Source of the DNA: Octopus vulgaris
Taxonomy: Eukaryota
NCBI GenBank assembly: GCA_951406725.2
Contig: OX597829.1
Location: 15,190,001 to 15,254,000, forward strand
Direction: 5' to 3'
Length of the DNA: 64,000 nt
A model generated the notes under the pieces. It was not told the origin of the DNA and ran no database searches. It saw only the letters and a list, made by a program, of their open reading frames with translations. The stretch's first letter is position 1; every line of letters starts with the position of its first letter. The translations under genes and the position numbers were made by a program. Below are positions 1 through 12,155 of this stretch, piece after piece.

Positions 1-1774
1 AGAATATCTATTTTCATGCATTCTTTGATTTCGAGTAATTTTTTTTTCTGTTAAATTTCTGTAGTTTTTGTCTAACCCTTTTTTAACTGTCTCTTTTTGT
101 AATTGAACTTGTTAAAGATTTCGATATGTTATATCTTTTGTTCTGTATCTTTATTTCCCACGTGGTTCACAAGTTTATAACATTGATATATTAGTAAAGC
201 TAAAAGTATGTCCTCTCCACTTTATATCTGCAATGACTGTAACATTTATTACTTCTTTTATGTATGTATCTGTTGTCATTAAATCTGCGATAGGAGATTA
301 GTGATTTTTAATTCTTTAACTCTCAAAATTCTCATTATTGTCATATTGGTAATTTCCATCTTTACAATTTTCTATTCTTAACCTTTCTTGTATTTCCATT
401 TATGGACCTGTTTTGTACTGTTCTTGTTTAGTTTTGTTGATGGTTAGCATTCTCTGTTTCACTGTTTGATTTCGTTATGCTTATTTTTTTTTCTTTGGTT
501 TTGTTTTGAATATGTTATGTCTTTCTGCGTGGTTTATATTCTCAAAATGTTTATCTCTGGTTCTCATTCATTTTTGTTTTTTTATTTATGCGCTTTTTTT
601 CTTGTATGTTTTGTTCCTATCAAGTATTCTATTTCCATAACAGATATCTTTTCGGTTTTGAGAATGTATTTTCCAAAATTAGTTTGTTCAGATCTACTGT
701 TACTTCTACATCAGGATTAATTTCTCTCTAAATTTTACACGAACACATTATCATAGCTTCGTTTTTATAAGCGGAGTATTACTTCAAATGCCCTTTCCTT
801 AATCAGCCCCATACCCTAGTTTTCCTGAAGTTGGTGTTCTAAAAACTTACATACAGTTCAGTTCTCGTTCAGTTTTTCTTTCCACCTTTACTTGATGTCT
901 TTCTCTCCGTCTACTAATGCTTGTTTTCTTTCACTTACAACACTTCAGGAATAAATAAATAAAAAAATAATAAAATCCCCTCCTTATTTAGGTTATAATT
1001 TTCTCAGGTAACTTTGTTTCGATGATGCTGAGTGTTTAACGTTACCTTTACTCCTACGTTTTGCATAAAATTCAAAACTGCGCATTCTCCTTTTAACATT
1101 AGACTAAAACTAAATGATATGGCTTTTACATATAATGTTTGTCATTTAATTTTGTGAGGAATGACAAAATTTGCTATAGATGATTTGTGTTCTGTTACTT
1201 TCCTTATATGTGGTGGCCGATCACTGGCAAATATAAACATTTGAAATACATTAATTATATCAGGTAAAAAGGCAATAAAATTCTAATGTGTAAGTAAACT
1301 ATTGATTTATTGTGTAATAAACATTTTCGTAACATTTTCAGCTTTGACTTGTTGTTTTTTAATTGGTGTTAAATGATTTTTAGAAACAGTCGGATACAGT
1401 TCTAGCATGTTAAACCCCGTATTTATTGTTTATTGGTATTATCATTATTGTTGTAGCTGTTGTTGATGTGATTGTTGTTGTTGTTTTTGTTGTTGTTTTC
1501 GTTGTTTTTGTTACAGCTTGTTATAGAAGATGGATGTAAGAACTGCGTATGCTATTGGTAAATGAGATATAGGCCTATAGTTTTTTTTTTATTTTGGAGG
1601 GGGAGAGCTGTTGTAGATTTGTGTTGTGCAATAAATATTGTTTTCCATTCCAACATCTAAATATGTATTGATTTTGGCTTTCTGCCATATATCTACTGGT
1701 ACTGATCAGACATTTCACTCAGAAATTTGAGACCTTTGTTAATCGCAGGAACTTTCCACTTGCAGGCAGTTCTT

Positions 1775-1985
1775 GGTGAGCTGGCAGAATCGTTAGAAAG
1801 CTGGGCAAAATGCTTTACGGCATTCCGTACGCCTTCACTTCCTGAGTTTAAATTCCACTGAGATCGACTTTGTTGTTCATCCATTCAGGTTCGATAAAAT
1901 AAGGACCATTTGAGCTCTGGGATTGATGTAATCGACTTACCCTCTCTCCAGAAATTGCTGGCCTTGTGCCAAATTTGAAAACAAT
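1775..1985 (+). mobile_element. tRNA-derived SINE (family A, diverged copy)
   Basis: Starts GGTGAGCTGGCAGAATCGTTAG, has a GAGTTTAAATTCC B-box-like motif and GATGTAATCGACTTA; homologous to the copies at 17838, 61349 and 63003. Confidence 0.75.
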
Positions 1986-3399
1986 GTTGCGAGTAATGGC
2001 GAGTAATGCTTAGTGTGATATTTTATATTTTATATTTCCCTTCTGATTCATTGCTTTGGATTGTGCTGAATGTTTGAGTTTTATATTCCCTTCCATTATT
2101 CTTCAATTTTGGTTGATGCTATTTTGTGCTCTAGTATCGTTTTTTTTGTTTCTTTTATGTTTGTCTTTATTCCTTTTTTTTTCTATTTTTTCACATTTGT
2201 CAAACTCTCTGTAAAATTCTTTGGTCTTTTGTAACACGCCTCTTTTATAACGCTGACGTGTATTGGATATAATACTGATGCGTAGTTATGCTGCAACACT
2301 TCTTTCTAATGTTCATGGTCTAGAGTTCCTTTTTTTTCCTTTTTATTTTTTTTGGACGATAACAGTATGAGACGGGTCTTCCTGTTCGGAATTAACTTTT
2401 CGAGAAGACACCGTTTCGGAACCACTTTTCCTTTGTTATTTTTGTATCGTGATCTCAATAAACTCACGCTCCGTAATCCATCATACATTCTTGTCTTGCC
2501 TGTGGAACTATTTATTTCTATTGCATTTTAGTTGAATGTTCTTGTCTCGTTCCATTTGCAACACATTGAGTTGCTGCAGGGAGACATTTTGGTTGAATAT
2601 ATATCCGCTCTAGGGGAAGATATTTCAATTTTGCTTCGTTCTTCGATAAGGTAAATGGTTATTTTTTTTCTTCTAATTTTTTTTTGTATTTTTCTTTTTA
2701 CAAATGGCCTTGGAAGCAGTAACGAGAAGAGACTAATACAATAATACGAGAAGCGAGCTATACTCATTTATCATAAGAGAGTAAGAGCAATACACACATC
2801 TTGCGTAAGACAGTAATAGAAATACCTGTACACCGAGCAAAAACAACATCAACAGAAAGAGCAACAGCATCAACAACGAGAACGACACAATATGGTGACA
2901 CGGATAACAAGAAATAGCAGTCAAATGTCCTTCAAATTATATGCAATTGTTTTGTATGTATACGAAAGTATAGTGAACAATAAATTGCTGATGGGTAAAG
3001 CAGATGGGGTGGTCACAGTAGAAGCGAGATTCCCCCTCGGTGACTCATACAACCGCTCTGTGATTATTGAAATAATAATATGGTAGTTGAAATAGGTATT
3101 ACAGCTACTATTATTGTAATGACCAACAGGTAACTGTAATGGATGTTACAGCTTCTTTATGGTTGAAATAACTGTGTTTTGAAAGTTGTTGGTCGAAGTT
3201 ATAGCTTTTCCGTCGTTATTGTCATAACCATAGGGTTTTTTATTATGTATATTATAGCTTTTATATCTTCATACCAATAGCCATGCAGTTGTGGTAGGAG
3301 GATGTTACAGTGTCGTAATTGTAGTAATAAGAATGAAATAATTGGGCTGGATGACAACACCGCCATTCCGTGATTATTGAAATTGAGTAAAAGGAAGTG

Positions 3400-3640
3400 G
3401 AGGCTCTCAGAAGGTGGAAGTAGAGGAGGATGGGGAACGAAAGAATGGGAAGAGAGCCGAAAGATGAAGGAGACGAAGGAGTAAGAGGAAGGGGGAGGGG
3501 CGATGAAGGAGGGTGGTGTTGGTGTTGGTGTTGGTGGTGGTGGTGGTGGTGGGTGGTGGAGGAGATGAAGGAGTAGGAGGAGAGGTTGGGAGGAGGTGGT
3601 GGAGGAGAGGTGGTGGTGGATGAGGAGGTGGAGGAGGAAA
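3400..3640. repeat. GGT/GGA purine-rich low-complexity tract
   Basis: Directly visible (GGT)n and (GGA)n runs; explains the spurious Pro-rich ORF 3199-3666. Confidence 0.85.
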
Positions 3641-3699
3641 TACATAAAGTGTTTAAGAAAACTCAATGTTAAAAATATAGATTTTAAAAAAATATATAT

Positions 3700-4800
3700 G
3701 ATTTAAAGAAGAGAGAGTGAGTAGGAATAAAGGGAGCAATTCTTATGTGAAATATATGGTTTAGAATTAAACTGTCAAGGGAACAGAGATTTTAGTGAGA
3801 AGGGAAACATAACGAAAGTTTAAATGAGGGTAGAGCAATATATAGTGTGGTAATGCTATAGAAAATGCGCAGAAACTGTAGGAGCCAGTTAAAGATATCG
3901 CCAGGTCTCCTCCTGGCGGTAGTTAAAGCAATTGGAAAGTTAGAAAAGTTATTTTTAGCAAATATCTCAGCTTTTCGTGGGGGTCAACGAAGACTGAAGT
4001 GCTCCATCTGCAGTCTCTTGTGGACGATAGCCAACTTAAGCTGGCTTCAGCTGCTTTGCCAATCTCCTTTGTGACTTTCTTAAGTTCTTTGGGTTCAATT
4101 TAGGAGGAAGGATATTTTATAAATTAAGTGACTGCTTTTAAAAGAAGCAAGGGAGATCATTACCTTTCTCCGGCTGTTTGGGCACAAAACAAATTTTGTC
4201 CTGGAAATAGAACCGTATGAGGGAAATACCACACTGCAAAGCTACGGCAGCGGAGAATGAGAATGTGGACCATTATTTGACAATAGACTCATGATAAATC
4301 TGGTATTTGGCGTTCTTCTGTTGATAGGTAGAAAATATCAAGTCCCTCTCCTAAGGACTGTAAGTTCAGCCCCGACGTTTCTATTTCGGGAGAGAAAATT
4401 CTTCCAACTTCTGGCGGGAACGACGTTACAGCCATCTCGTCCGGAAAAATTAGTCTAGCCTTCAGCTCCCCTTGCATCTCTGAATCTAATGATTGATACA
4501 AAATAGAGAAAGGGTCCTTCCATAAATACTGTAACCTAAGAAGCCTTGTCAACCTCGGTATCGGATACCTTTAGGTGGTAATATCTGACACTGTTTCTTG
4601 GCCTTAATTCATCTATTAGAAATTTCAGTAATAACCTTGTCGAAACGCCATTTGTATCGGACTTTTTCCAGTTCCATAGGGAATCCGGACAAAATGTAGT
4701 TCGAAGTGCAAAGAGTTGCTTTAATCATTTGCAGTATGGGCAATCTTCTTTGGCCCATATTTTAAGATCTTTCGGGGTTAGCGGAGAATAAGGGGAGTAA
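3700..4800 (-). mobile_element. possible degraded L1/Tx1-like ORF1 remnant
   Basis: Minus-strand peptide GEGLDIFYLSTEERQIPDL loosely resembles the ORF1 segment GQGFDLLIQAN..LQDLIKL at ~16700-16760; many stops. Confidence 0.3.
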
Positions 4801-4965
4801 GTGTGTACGTGTGTGTGTGTGTGTGTGTGTGTAAGCATACTTGTATGTATATATACATATATATGTGCATGCTTACATAGATGTGTATGTATATATGCGT
4901 ATACTTTTATTTATGTGAGCATGTATTTGCGTACATATTTTTGTATATTTGTATACGTGTTTGTA

Positions 4966-5353
4966 TACTCTTTTACTCTTTTACTTGTTTCAGTCATTTA
5001 ACTGTGGCCATGCTGGAGCACCGCCTTTAGTCAAGCAAATCGACCCCAGGACTTATTCATTATAAGCATAGTACTTATTCTATCGGTCTCTTCTGCCGAA
5101 CCGCTAAGTGACGGGGACGTAAACACACCAGCATCGGTTGTCAAGCGATGTTAGGGGACAAACACAGACACACAAACATATACACACACATACATATATG
5201 CGACGGGCTTCTTTCTACCAAATCCACTCACAAGGCTTTGGTCAGCCCGATGCTATAGTAGAAGACACTTGCCCAAGATGCCACGCAGTGGACTGAACCC
5301 GAAACAATGTAGTTTGTAAGCAAGCTATTTACCACACAGTCACTCCTCCGCCT
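4966..5353 (-). mobile_element. tRNA-derived SINE (family B, CORE-like), near full length
   Basis: Minus strand has a tRNA-like head (GGAGTGACTGTGTGGTAA ... GGGTTCAGTCC), a TTGGGCAAGTG CORE-like motif and a (GAGTAAAA)n tail; fragments of the same family lie at 23040-23103, 24570-24630 and 52185-52345. Confidence 0.8.
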
Positions 5354-5399
5354 ATAATATGTGTATATTTGTATGTATATCTATATTAATGAGGATATA

Positions 5400-6125
5400 C
5401 ATGTAATTTCATTAAGTATCTAAACCTGTTGGCTTCTTGCAAATGCCTTTATGTAGCACTCTATGTCCCGATCTGTTATTCCCCTTTTGCTTTCGCTATT
5501 TTTCTGTTTCTCTTTCTTTTTCTTCTTCTCCACTGTCCTCTTCCTCCTGCACACACTTAATGTTTACCTTCTCTTATTTTCGCCTGTAACAACTTACTTG
5601 TATAAGCATACACCAGGAGATTTTGTGCCTATGTATGTGTGCGTATATATATCTATGTTTTGCCTGTATATGTATATAGCTATGCACATGCCTCTGTACG
5701 TTTTAATGTATATAGGTATATTATAGATGGCTTAGTATATGCATATGCTGGTAAATGTGTATGTAATCCAATGTTAATTGTTTTTAATTTTTAAACGGAT
5801 ATAACTTTATTTATATAATTTATTTATATTTTACAAATAATTATTTACCCCGGGTATTTAGACTCTGTCCTATTATAAGGTTTTTTTTTATGATAAGATG
5901 ATTCTATACCGAAATTTGTTCGTTGCATGCTACCGGTCATTTTAAAGACTGCTAATAGGAATGATTAATGGAACAAGACCTTTCTCAAATGTGTAACCAG
6001 TAAAGTAATTGTATATGTTTGCTTATAACCTTATTTCTGTTCGATTCTAAACAAAACTGTCTGACGAACGGGAACGTAAAATTCTGAGTAACAGTTTTTG
6101 TGATATTTTAATGCTTTTCAATAAA

Positions 6126-6126
<1 letters not shown>
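5400..6126 (+). mobile_element. probable Penelope-like element 3' fragment with a deleted hammerhead
   Basis: AAAACTGT-CTGACGA...GTA-ACAGTTTT (6053-6098), then AATAAA and (TA)n, as expected of a PLE 3' end. The 5' boundary is a guess. Confidence 0.4.
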
Positions 6127-6159
<33 letters not shown>

Positions 6160-6161
<2 letters not shown>

Positions 6162-6890
6162 CAAAGTGGAGTTGTAGGGTACCGCACGAGTGGAATTATA
6201 TACGAAAGAAGGTTTGAAAATGTAATTTTAAAAGATGTTTATTTACTTTACCGGTTTCACACTTTGGAAAAAGATTGTCAAAAATAACATGTAAAAGTTT
6301 CGTTGCGTTAATTATTGGTTGTTACAAAATGCTACATTACATATAGACAGTCTTTGGTAACAAGAACATGTTAAGGACATAAGGAAGTTTAACAAGTTCC
6401 TTAAAATATTGGGCACAAAAGATTACAACATAAATATACATTCTCAAGAAAATGTCAAAGATAGTTTCCAGAAGGAATTATTAAAAAGTTCAGTGGGATA
6501 TTGGTATTGTATCTGTATATTCAAACACGCACAGAATATTGATTGTCACAGAGTACTACAATACATATATATACATTCTTTGGTGACAAGAGCATGTTAA
6601 GAACATAAAAAAGTTCAACAAGTTCAATAAAGTTTTATGCCCAATATTTTAATGAACTTGTTAAACTTTTTTATGTCCTTAACATGTCCTTGTTACCAAA
6701 GACTGTATATATGTAATGTGGCATTTTGTAACAACCAATAATTAACGCAACCAAATTTTACATGTTATTTTGACAATCTTTTTCCAAAGTGTGAAACCGG
6801 TAAAGTAAATAAACATCTTTAACATTGCATTTTCAAACCTTCTTTCGTATATAATTCCACTCGTGCGGTACCCTACAACTCCACTTTGTT
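6160..6890. repeat. long inverted repeat (arms ~6160-6420 and ~6633-6890), PLE fold-back-like, within (TA)n
   Basis: AACAAAGTGGAGTTGTAGGGTACCGCACGAG... is mirrored by ...CTCGTGCGGTACCCTACAACTCCACTTTGTT; each arm carries GAAACCGGTA. Confidence 0.9.
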
Positions 6891-7678
6891 ATATATATAT
6901 ATATATATATATATAAATATAAATATAATTAAATTACATGCATGTGTAATTATATATATATCTTCATATATGTATATATATATATATGTGTGTGTGTGTG
7001 TATGTACATATGTATACAAACTTACACGCACACACACCTACGAACGCACACACACACACACATATATACCTAGACATGCGCAGGTAGATGAGTGATATTC
7101 GGTTGTGATGTTTGTGTTATAGGAGACGCTGACTATAATTATAAAAATGTAATATGTTAGAGTATAACATTATAAAATAATATAAAATAGAAATGAAATC
7201 TATGTGAAATATAAGAACATGTGCGTATGTACTTACATCCGTATATAGATATAGCATATACCCCCATCCACTCATGCACATTTACGTTCAAGTCTCCTGT
7301 GCGCATCCGCGATCAAAATCGGTTTGTATCGTAACTTTTGGCAAGCTTCGCACTAAAAAAGAAAATTAAAAATATGAAAATGTAGAAGCCTTTCAAAAAC
7401 TGTGATTGATTAACGCAATTATAATGAAGATAAAATATAATGAAAATAAAAATCATACAAAACATACATGAAATATAAGTACGAAATATAAAGAAAGAAA
7501 TATAAAATTTTAAAAATAAACATTTTTACAATTTTAACATTTCTGCCTGTTTTTTAATTTCATTTATAATTTCGTAATTTGTCAGTCTATTCATTTATGT
7601 GCTGAACATAATGTTATCTACCTCACTCATATAAATTATTTATTTTAAACCAGGATCTCATAACTGAATCTAGAAGGG

Positions 7679-9148
7679 TTGTTCACCTTCAATGTTAAAA
7701 AAAATCGGTGGCAAAATTTGTTTTGCATTAAACTTGCATACGTTGACGAAGGCTGTGCAACATTCCTTGAAATGCCGACCGATTGCAAATGTTTTATACT
7801 TGATTCCTGTGTCATTGAATATACATACTTACACAGATGCATACTTATATACATCACCAATAAATTTAGGACAAACAATAATAACTGTAGGATAAGGGAA
7901 AATAGGATATATAAAAACGCATATGATAATTATAGAGGTGTTGGTAATTTCGGAGCTGTTGACGTTAGTTTAAATAAATTAGCGCACATAAGTGATGGTA
8001 GTAATATTAATAATATGCATATCAAAACTAATGGTAGGTATGATAATAGTAAAGTTTATTTACGCAATAATAATTATGGTAATATTGATAATGATAGGCA
8101 TAACAATGACAATGTTAAGGATAGTAAACGTATGGGATGGAGGAGGAACAAGGTTTTTACTAAAAATAACAATGTGATAGGCAACCCTAATACTGATAAG
8201 GATAAACTATTGCTGATAATCCCATATGCATTGCAGATAAAAACAGATATAGTTAGAGCTTTGCACAATGTAATATTTAGGCACTTTGTTAAGGGTAGGA
8301 ATAAATTTGGTCAATTAATTAACAATAGAACTGTTAGAATAGGATATAGCATTACACATAATGTAGCCACTATCATCTCCTCATTTAATAACAGGAAACT
8401 GGATTGCTTCTATAATGATAGAACGTTGAATTTAGATAATAGTAATTTGCCTCTCTATAATCGTAGGGACAATATATCTTTTGGAGCTAACGAGAACAAC
8501 CCTCTAGCAAATTATGATAGTACCGTACCTGTAAGGAAAAATATTAATGTAATAGATGATACCACTACCACCAATACTATTACTATTGATATGAATATCG
8601 CCAATAATAATAAATGCAATCACTCGTTGAATTTGGGATTGGATAGTAAAAATAATTATAACACTATTAATGGGAATATAGTTACAGAAATTTTGGCCAA
8701 TGTTAGATTACCCCAACCTGTTGATAACTGTAATTGCAGAAACAGGAATCAATGTGTGTTTGGTAATCAATGCCTCAAGAAAGAGGTAGTTTATCAATGC
8801 ACTGTGGATACACAATATAGCAGTAGGGTATACATCGGAGCAACTATGAATAGCATGAAACAGAGACTTAATTATCATAGATATACTTTTAGAAATAAAA
8901 ATAGGATGTACTCTACGGGGTTAAGTGCATATATTTGGGAACTCAAAAGTAAGAACATAGATTTTAAATTAAATTGGAAAATACTAACTTCTGCACCTGT
9001 ATATAATAGTAAAAATAAAAAGTGCTCTCTATGTATTAATGAAATTTTTTTCATCATCAAAGCTGGTATGCCTATTATTAATAATATTAACGAGGTGAAT
9101 TTTTTTTGCATTCATAAACTAGCGTATACTTTCTCTAGATTTAAATAG
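7679..9148 (+). CDS. Penelope-like element linker plus GIY-YIG endonuclease (probably Naiad/Chlamys type); no RT domain
   Basis: Linker IIPYA..IKTDIVRAL..VIFRHF....NNRTVRIGYS...N...IISSFN; Cys cluster CNCRNRNQC...QCL; VVYQCTV...YIGAT...KQRLNYH (GIY-YIG, with R and H); LSAYIWELK; CSLCINE; terminal CIH. The first ~60 codons look unrelated (GTG start, probably flank). Confidence 0.8.
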   Translation: MFTFNVKKNRWQNLFCIKLAYVDEGCATFLEMPTDCKCFILDSCVIEYTYLHRCILIYITNKFRTNNNNCRIRENRIYKNAYDNYRGVGNFGAVDVSLNKLAHISDGSNINNMHIKTNGRYDNSKVYLRNNNYGNIDNDRHNNDNVKDSKRMGWRRNKVFTKNNNVIGNPNTDKDKLLLIIPYALQIKTDIVRALHNVIFRHFVKGRNKFGQLINNRTVRIGYSITHNVATIISSFNNRKLDCFYNDRTLNLDNSNLPLYNRRDNISFGANENNPLANYDSTVPVRKNINVIDDTTTTNTITIDMNIANNNKCNHSLNLGLDSKNNYNTINGNIVTEILANVRLPQPVDNCNCRNRNQCVFGNQCLKKEVVYQCTVDTQYSSRVYIGATMNSMKQRLNYHRYTFRNKNRMYSTGLSAYIWELKSKNIDFKLNWKILTSAPVYNSKNKKCSLCINEIFFIIKAGMPIINNINEVNFFCIHKLAYTFSRFK

Positions 9149-9544
9149 AACTTAGCTTTTCTACTAGTAAAATTTTAACTTTCCTCTACATTTGATTGTA
9201 TTTGTGGTCTTTATAATTTGAAACATACAACTTATAAATTTATAATCTTGTAGCTACACATATATATATATAAATATATATGTTCTGTATTGATTGTTTT
9301 TGTTTTTTGTCCTGGCTTATAAGGGAAATACACTGGGATATGAATATATATATTTTGGTATATACATAGCACTATGATATTCATGGGGATTTCCAAAATT
9401 GATGAGTGTGTATGCGTATCATAGTTTGGGAAGCTGGTTTTAGATACTGTAATACTAATATGTAATAAATGCGAGTCTATATTGAATGTACATTGTTTGT
9501 TTTGGATGAGTATATGGGTTTTTGCAGGTATTTATTTGACAGTC

Positions 9545-9990
9545 TTATATATTATATATTAAGTTTATCTTTGTACTCATCTTAATTTGTATCTTATGTT
9601 ATTTATTAATAAATCTATTCATTTACTTATATGTGGCTTTATACATATTAGCAGTGTTATATATTTAGTTTATATTTGTACTCATCTTGATTTGTATTTT
9701 ATGTTATTTATCTATTTATTTATTCATTTATTTATATGTAAATATTTACATATTAGCAGCCTGTATACTAAGTTTATCTATGTACTCATTTTAATGTATA
9801 TTTTTTATTTTATTTTATGTTATTTATCTATTTATCTATTCATTTATGTATATGTGGATATATACATATTAGCAGCCTTTAGCAGCCTTATATATTAAGT
9901 ATTTATATATTTTGTATTTATCTTAATTTGTATTTTATGGTATTTATCTATTTATATATTCATTTATTTATATGTAGATATATACATACA
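9545..9990. repeat. degenerate tandem repeat, ~4 copies of a 105-125 bp unit
   Basis: Recurring TTTATxTTTGTACTCATCTTxATTTGTATxTTATGTTATTTATxTA...TATTCATTTA...ATACATATTAGCAG near 9551, 9657, 9762 and 9889. Confidence 0.8.
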
Positions 9991-11460
9991 TATCCATTAT
10001 ATATTAAAATATATATATATGTATACATGTTATTACTTATATTTTCATTTTTATTTTTAATTATTCCATCTTTTTTTATTTTATTACATTTTAATTTTAA
10101 GTAATAACAATTAATTTAATTTATAATTATTTACTTATATACTATTTATTGGTAAGTCCTGTTAATTACTATATATGTATTTATACGTCCACTGATATTA
10201 TTTAATGCTAAATCCTGTTAATTATTATATATGTATTTATGTGTCCACTGATACTTTAAAATATATATATATAAGTACTACGAATGTTTACATACACATC
10301 ATATGTGAAAATATATAGTATATATATGTTTGTTGTTACACATGAGTATACATATGGATATGTAGATGTGAGTATAATTCTATTAGTTCGTTGGTGAGGG
10401 TTTAAATAGGAATATAATAGTAATGTAATAATACTAGACTTCTTACGTAGTGGAGTTATCTGTATAAGTTATAAGGAGTTATTTTGATTATATATCTTAG
10501 AATATTAGCGTATTTTGACTTTTTACAATTAATTTCTTATAATTTAATTATTATAAACCTCTGTTAACTTAGTATATATGTATTTTTATGTCTTTTGATA
10601 GACAAACATAAACGGGTATTCTATATTTTATAATTTAGTAAATATTTGAATGAAACATAGCGGTAATGATGCGGACATTTTTAGTTCTAAAATATTTTGT
10701 TTACGAAAAATACGGTGTCACATGAATTATGTACCTTATGACAAATTACACTCTCCATCTAGGTATAATTATATGTATGATTGCATTTACGGATTTATGG
10801 ACATATGTGAGTGGATCTGTTTGTAAACACTTAGTGTATAGTTGGGATAGTACCTCTTATGTTATTTATTTATTTATTTATGATTTGGTTGTGTATGTGG
10901 GTATGTCTGTGTGTATGTGTGTATGTCTGTGGGTGTGTGTGTGTAAACATATGACTATGTCTGTATGTGCGCACGTTTTGTGGATGTGCGTGCGCGTGTG
11001 TATGTTTCCTAGCTAACTAACTGTAAAATATCTATTGTAATTCAAATTTAAAAGTATAGGCCAATCGAATGCATCTGTGAAAATTAATACCATGCAAACA
11101 GAGGAATTTAAATGATTGCATATATATGCAGATATCCACTTGCCTTGGATGGTACTATGGTGGTGGTATTAACTTTATTGGCTTTTTGTGAAGTGACACA
11201 TTTTAATATATTGAACTGTTTAATATATATGCCTACATTGAGTGTGAGTGTGTCTGTTGTGATTTCTTGATGTTGGTTGAGGAGCTGTGGAGTTCAATAT
11301 GGAACATTATTGTGTTTATTGATGTATATTGATCTATATTGTTTATATTGTATTATTGTGTATATATATATATATATATGTAAGAATATAAGTATGTATG
11401 CACTCATATTTATATCTATATGTAAATTATTTAGGATTTGTATTCATACTTGTACTAGAA

Positions 11461-11572
11461 TCTCTGAAGAGGCCGTAAGATATTCTTGTTAATGTCTCAT
11501 TTATACCTGCATTATATGGCTAATAGGTTAAATGAGACATACCTGTCTTCATGGTCGAAACAGCTGTAAGCT
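11461..11572 (+). ncRNA. minimal type I hammerhead ribozyme motif (PLE-type)
   Basis: CTGAAGA (11464-11470); stem II GGCCGT/ATGGTC; GAAA (11557-11560); C-AGCT-G palindromic stem III; GTA cleavage triplet (11566-11568). Confidence 0.7.
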
Positions 11573-11759
11573 ACAATGTAAATGTATTTTTATGTCTTGT
11601 TATATTTATTTAGTTATATTTCACCATATTGATTGTAATTATTGTACTGTATTAATGTATAATATCATTGCTATTGTGTAGTGTTTTAATAAATTATATG
11701 ATGCGGTATTATCTGATAGTTGATGATTGATTTAGATATATTTCTCCATTTTCTCATTT

Positions 11760-11761
<2 letters not shown>

Positions 11762-11804
<43 letters not shown>

Positions 11805-11841
11805 GTGTGTGTGTATACATATAGATAGATAGAAGATAGAC

Positions 11842-11928
<87 letters not shown>
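11762..11928. repeat. (TA)n followed by (GATA)n microsatellite
   Basis: Directly visible. Confidence 0.95.
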
Positions 11929-11929
<1 letters not shown>

Positions 11930-12155
11930 TTATTAGCTACGCAGAGTCGAACACGGAGGGGACAATACAACGTAGAAGTTTTCTTTTCCGAAATCGATCA
12001 ATGTGGGAAAGAAAAGAAAATTTTTTAAAGTGTAAACAGCGAAATTACAGAAAAGTCGTTGGAAAGAAAAACCTACGAGGAAGAACCAAGGTAACTTCGG
12101 AAACGAAAAGGAAAAAAAACATTAACATGAGCAAGGCGTTCTTCATCTCTTTGTT

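Larger units (their letters stand above)
7860..11690 (+). mobile_element. 5'-truncated Penelope-like retroelement with a long AT-rich 3' region
   Basis: GIY-YIG ORF, then ~2.5 kb non-coding sequence with tandem repeats and a hammerhead motif at 11464-11568, ending near AATAAA before (TA)n. Confidence 0.65.

Noticed and set aside
1-1000. Possible LINE ORF1 Zn-knuckle relic (QCYK..NH) on the minus strand; similarly weak LINE hints at 22260-23020
   Set aside because: Too degraded to assign without a search.
9545-9990. CRISPR-like array
   Set aside because: The units are contiguous degenerate tandem repeats without unique spacers, the context is eukaryotic and there are no cas genes.
9149-11690. 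SECIS/selenoprotein feature, reported for some Naiad PLEs
   Set aside because: The ORF has no in-frame TGA and I saw no convincing SECIS hairpin.
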